Shown here piece after piece: positions 62,573 to 64,000 of a stretch of DNA of 64,000 nt (positions are counted from its first letter, which is position 1; each line of letters opens with the position of its first letter). The stretch comes from Bacteroidales bacterium (GTDB lineage Bacteria; Bacteroidota; Bacteroidia; Bacteroidales; CAIWKO01), in assembly GCA_035389045.1 (NCBI GenBank), contig DAOORA010000011.1, positions 1 through 64,000 of the forward strand, written 5' to 3'. Below the pieces are notes generated by a model that saw nothing but the letters and a program-made list of their open reading frames with translations, did not search any database and had not been told where the DNA came from. The translations under genes were made by a program, and so were the position numbers.

Positions 62573-63457
62573 TTAATTTATCCTGTTTCTGCTGATAAGC
62601 GAAAGCTGTTCTGCAATCAGTCCCAGCAGGAAAAAAATAATTCCGGCAACGATTCCCAGCAGGCAACCGGTAGAAATACCCCGCCCGGAAAGGATGCCGG
62701 GCAAACCAAAACCGATACCCATCAACAGCGAAATTAAAGATAAAGGTATAAAGACCTTAGCCGGGTTGAACAAGATCACAATGTTGATGATTTCCATAAC
62801 GGTATTAAATGCTGTTTCAATACTGATCGTGCTTTTCCCGGTTAATCTTTTGGTAATCACTATGGGTTCCTCAAGAACAAGGTGGCGGTTATTTATGAAA
62901 ATCAGTGTTATAATATCACTGTACGACATAGTGTTTGGGGCAAGACAAAGATATTTCCGTGCCAGTTCAGTACGGTAAATTTTCATGCCGGAGTTAATAT
63001 CATAAACAGGAACATTCATCAATAATTTGGCAATGGTACGGATAAGCGTTTTTCCAACACTTCGCGACAATGATGCCGATTTCAGTCCTTTGCGGGAGCC
63101 CACTATCATATCGGCATCTTTTTCTGTAATACATCTGAACAATTTTTCAATATCCTCCATACGGTGTTGTCCGTCGGCATCGATAGTTATAACATATTCG
63201 GAATCCGCATGTATAATACCACTTTTAATAGCCCCACCGTAACCCCTGTTAATTTTATGATGGATCACGGTAAAATATTCATTTTGCTGAAATTCATCCA
63301 GTATTTCTTTGGTTTTATCATGAGAGCCATCATTAACCAATATTATTTTCCAATGGTTTTGTGTGCAGAGTTCAATAAGTGGCGGAAGCAATGTTTTTAA
63401 ATTGTCCGCTTCGTTAAATGCAGGAATGATAATCGACAATGTATTTGATGATCCCAT
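62573..63457 (-). CDS. GT2 polyprenyl-phosphate glycosyltransferase (DPM1/GtrB-like) with two C-terminal TM helices
   Basis: IIPAFNE, VNDGSHD, NRGYGGA, IDADGQH, VGSR, DINSG. Confidence 0.85.
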   Translation of the reverse strand: MGSSNTLSIIIPAFNEADNLKTLLPPLIELCTQNHWKIILVNDGSHDKTKEILDEFQQNEYFTVIHHKINRGYGGAIKSGIIHADSEYVITIDADGQHRMEDIEKLFRCITEKDADMIVGSRKGLKSASLSRSVGKTLIRTIAKLLMNVPVYDINSGMKIYRTELARKYLCLAPNTMSYSDIITLIFINNRHLVLEEPIVITKRLTGKSTISIETAFNTVMEIINIVILFNPAKVFIPLSLISLLMGIGFGLPGILSGRGISTGCLLGIVAGIIFFLLGLIAEQLSLISRNRIN

Positions 63458-63564
63458 ATCGGACTATTAAGTTTGAATATAACAAAGATAATTTTATTTC
63501 ACGGATTAATGCTCCCTGCTATTTATAAAAATTACTGTAATAATTCCGGACCATCTTTGATCAC

Positions 63565-64000
63565 TTAATAAGCGCCCGCCGGCGATGTTTGTGTGAGCTG
63601 TAATAAGGTTTTGTTCATGTTTATTTTTTTATAAGCAACATCACGATTTTGTTTGGCCTGCAAACAATTGGGATCCACTTCAAGAGCTTTATTGAAATCT
63701 TCTATTGCTTTTTTCACTTTTCCTCGTTGCATATAAATTTCTCCACGGTAATTATATGCCAGTCCATAATTAGGGTCTAATTCTATGATTTTAGTAAAAT
63801 CATCAAATGCTTTGTCGGCCTGCCCGATATTCATATATGCCACCCCGCGGTTATAATAGGCAACAGCGTATGCAGGGTCTAATTCGATGGATTTGGACAA
63901 ATCGGCTATGGCTTTATCCCATTGTCCGACCATTCTGTAAGTATAACCCCTGTTGTAATAAGCTACGGCGAAATGAGGATTAATCTCTATCACTTTGGAA
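63565..64000 (-). CDS. TPR-containing C-terminus of a gene running off the window (probably a seventh TMTC-like gene)
   Basis: AYYNRG...GQWDKAIAD.SK.IELDP repeats and an NRDVAY ending like the array genes; the membrane domain is not visible. Confidence 0.7.
   Translation of the reverse strand, partial: SKVIEINPHFAVAYYNRGYTYRMVGQWDKAIADLSKSIELDPAYAVAYYNRGVAYMNIGQADKAFDDFTKIIELDPNYGLAYNYRGEIYMQRGKVKKAIEDFNKALEVDPNCLQAKQNRDVAYKKINMNKTLLQLTQTSPAGAY

Overview
AT-rich Bacteroidota (probably Bacteroidales-like) genome window: three T9SS C-terminal-domain genes, TAnnTTTG promoter boxes, lpxH, and a 100-N scaffold gap. (1) 0.6-6 kb: four consecutive genes (T9SS protein, small lipoprotein, two radical SAM paralogues) carry six in-frame stops and damaged conserved motifs. 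All are explained by C->T changes on the + strand, i.e. a strand-coordinated deamination tract. (2) 6-14 kb and 52-64 kb: a split, paralogue-rich surface-glycan locus (4 TuaH-like GT-B enzymes, wzm/wzt, 3 GT8, GT9, DPM1-like GT2, radical SAMs, SGNH-like protein). (3) 17-31 kb, after tRNA-Cys: an accessory block with a J-domain-like protein, WD40, small alarmone HD hydrolase, GH17 lipoprotein, a divergent membrane protein sharing the GH17 C-terminal domain, and a TreS-like GH13. Two promoters in it share the same architecture and palindrome. (4) A 1678-aa C39-peptidase/PKD-repeat T9SS protein and an amidohydrolase. (5) 38.5-51.5 kb: six tandem TMTC-like (GT-C + TPR) putative protein O-glycosyltransferases, with a probable seventh at the window end. 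Also three tRNAs and three kinds of small non-coding repeat element. No CRISPR array, integrase, transposase or reverse transcriptase was seen. All family calls are from motif recognition by eye; no searches were run.
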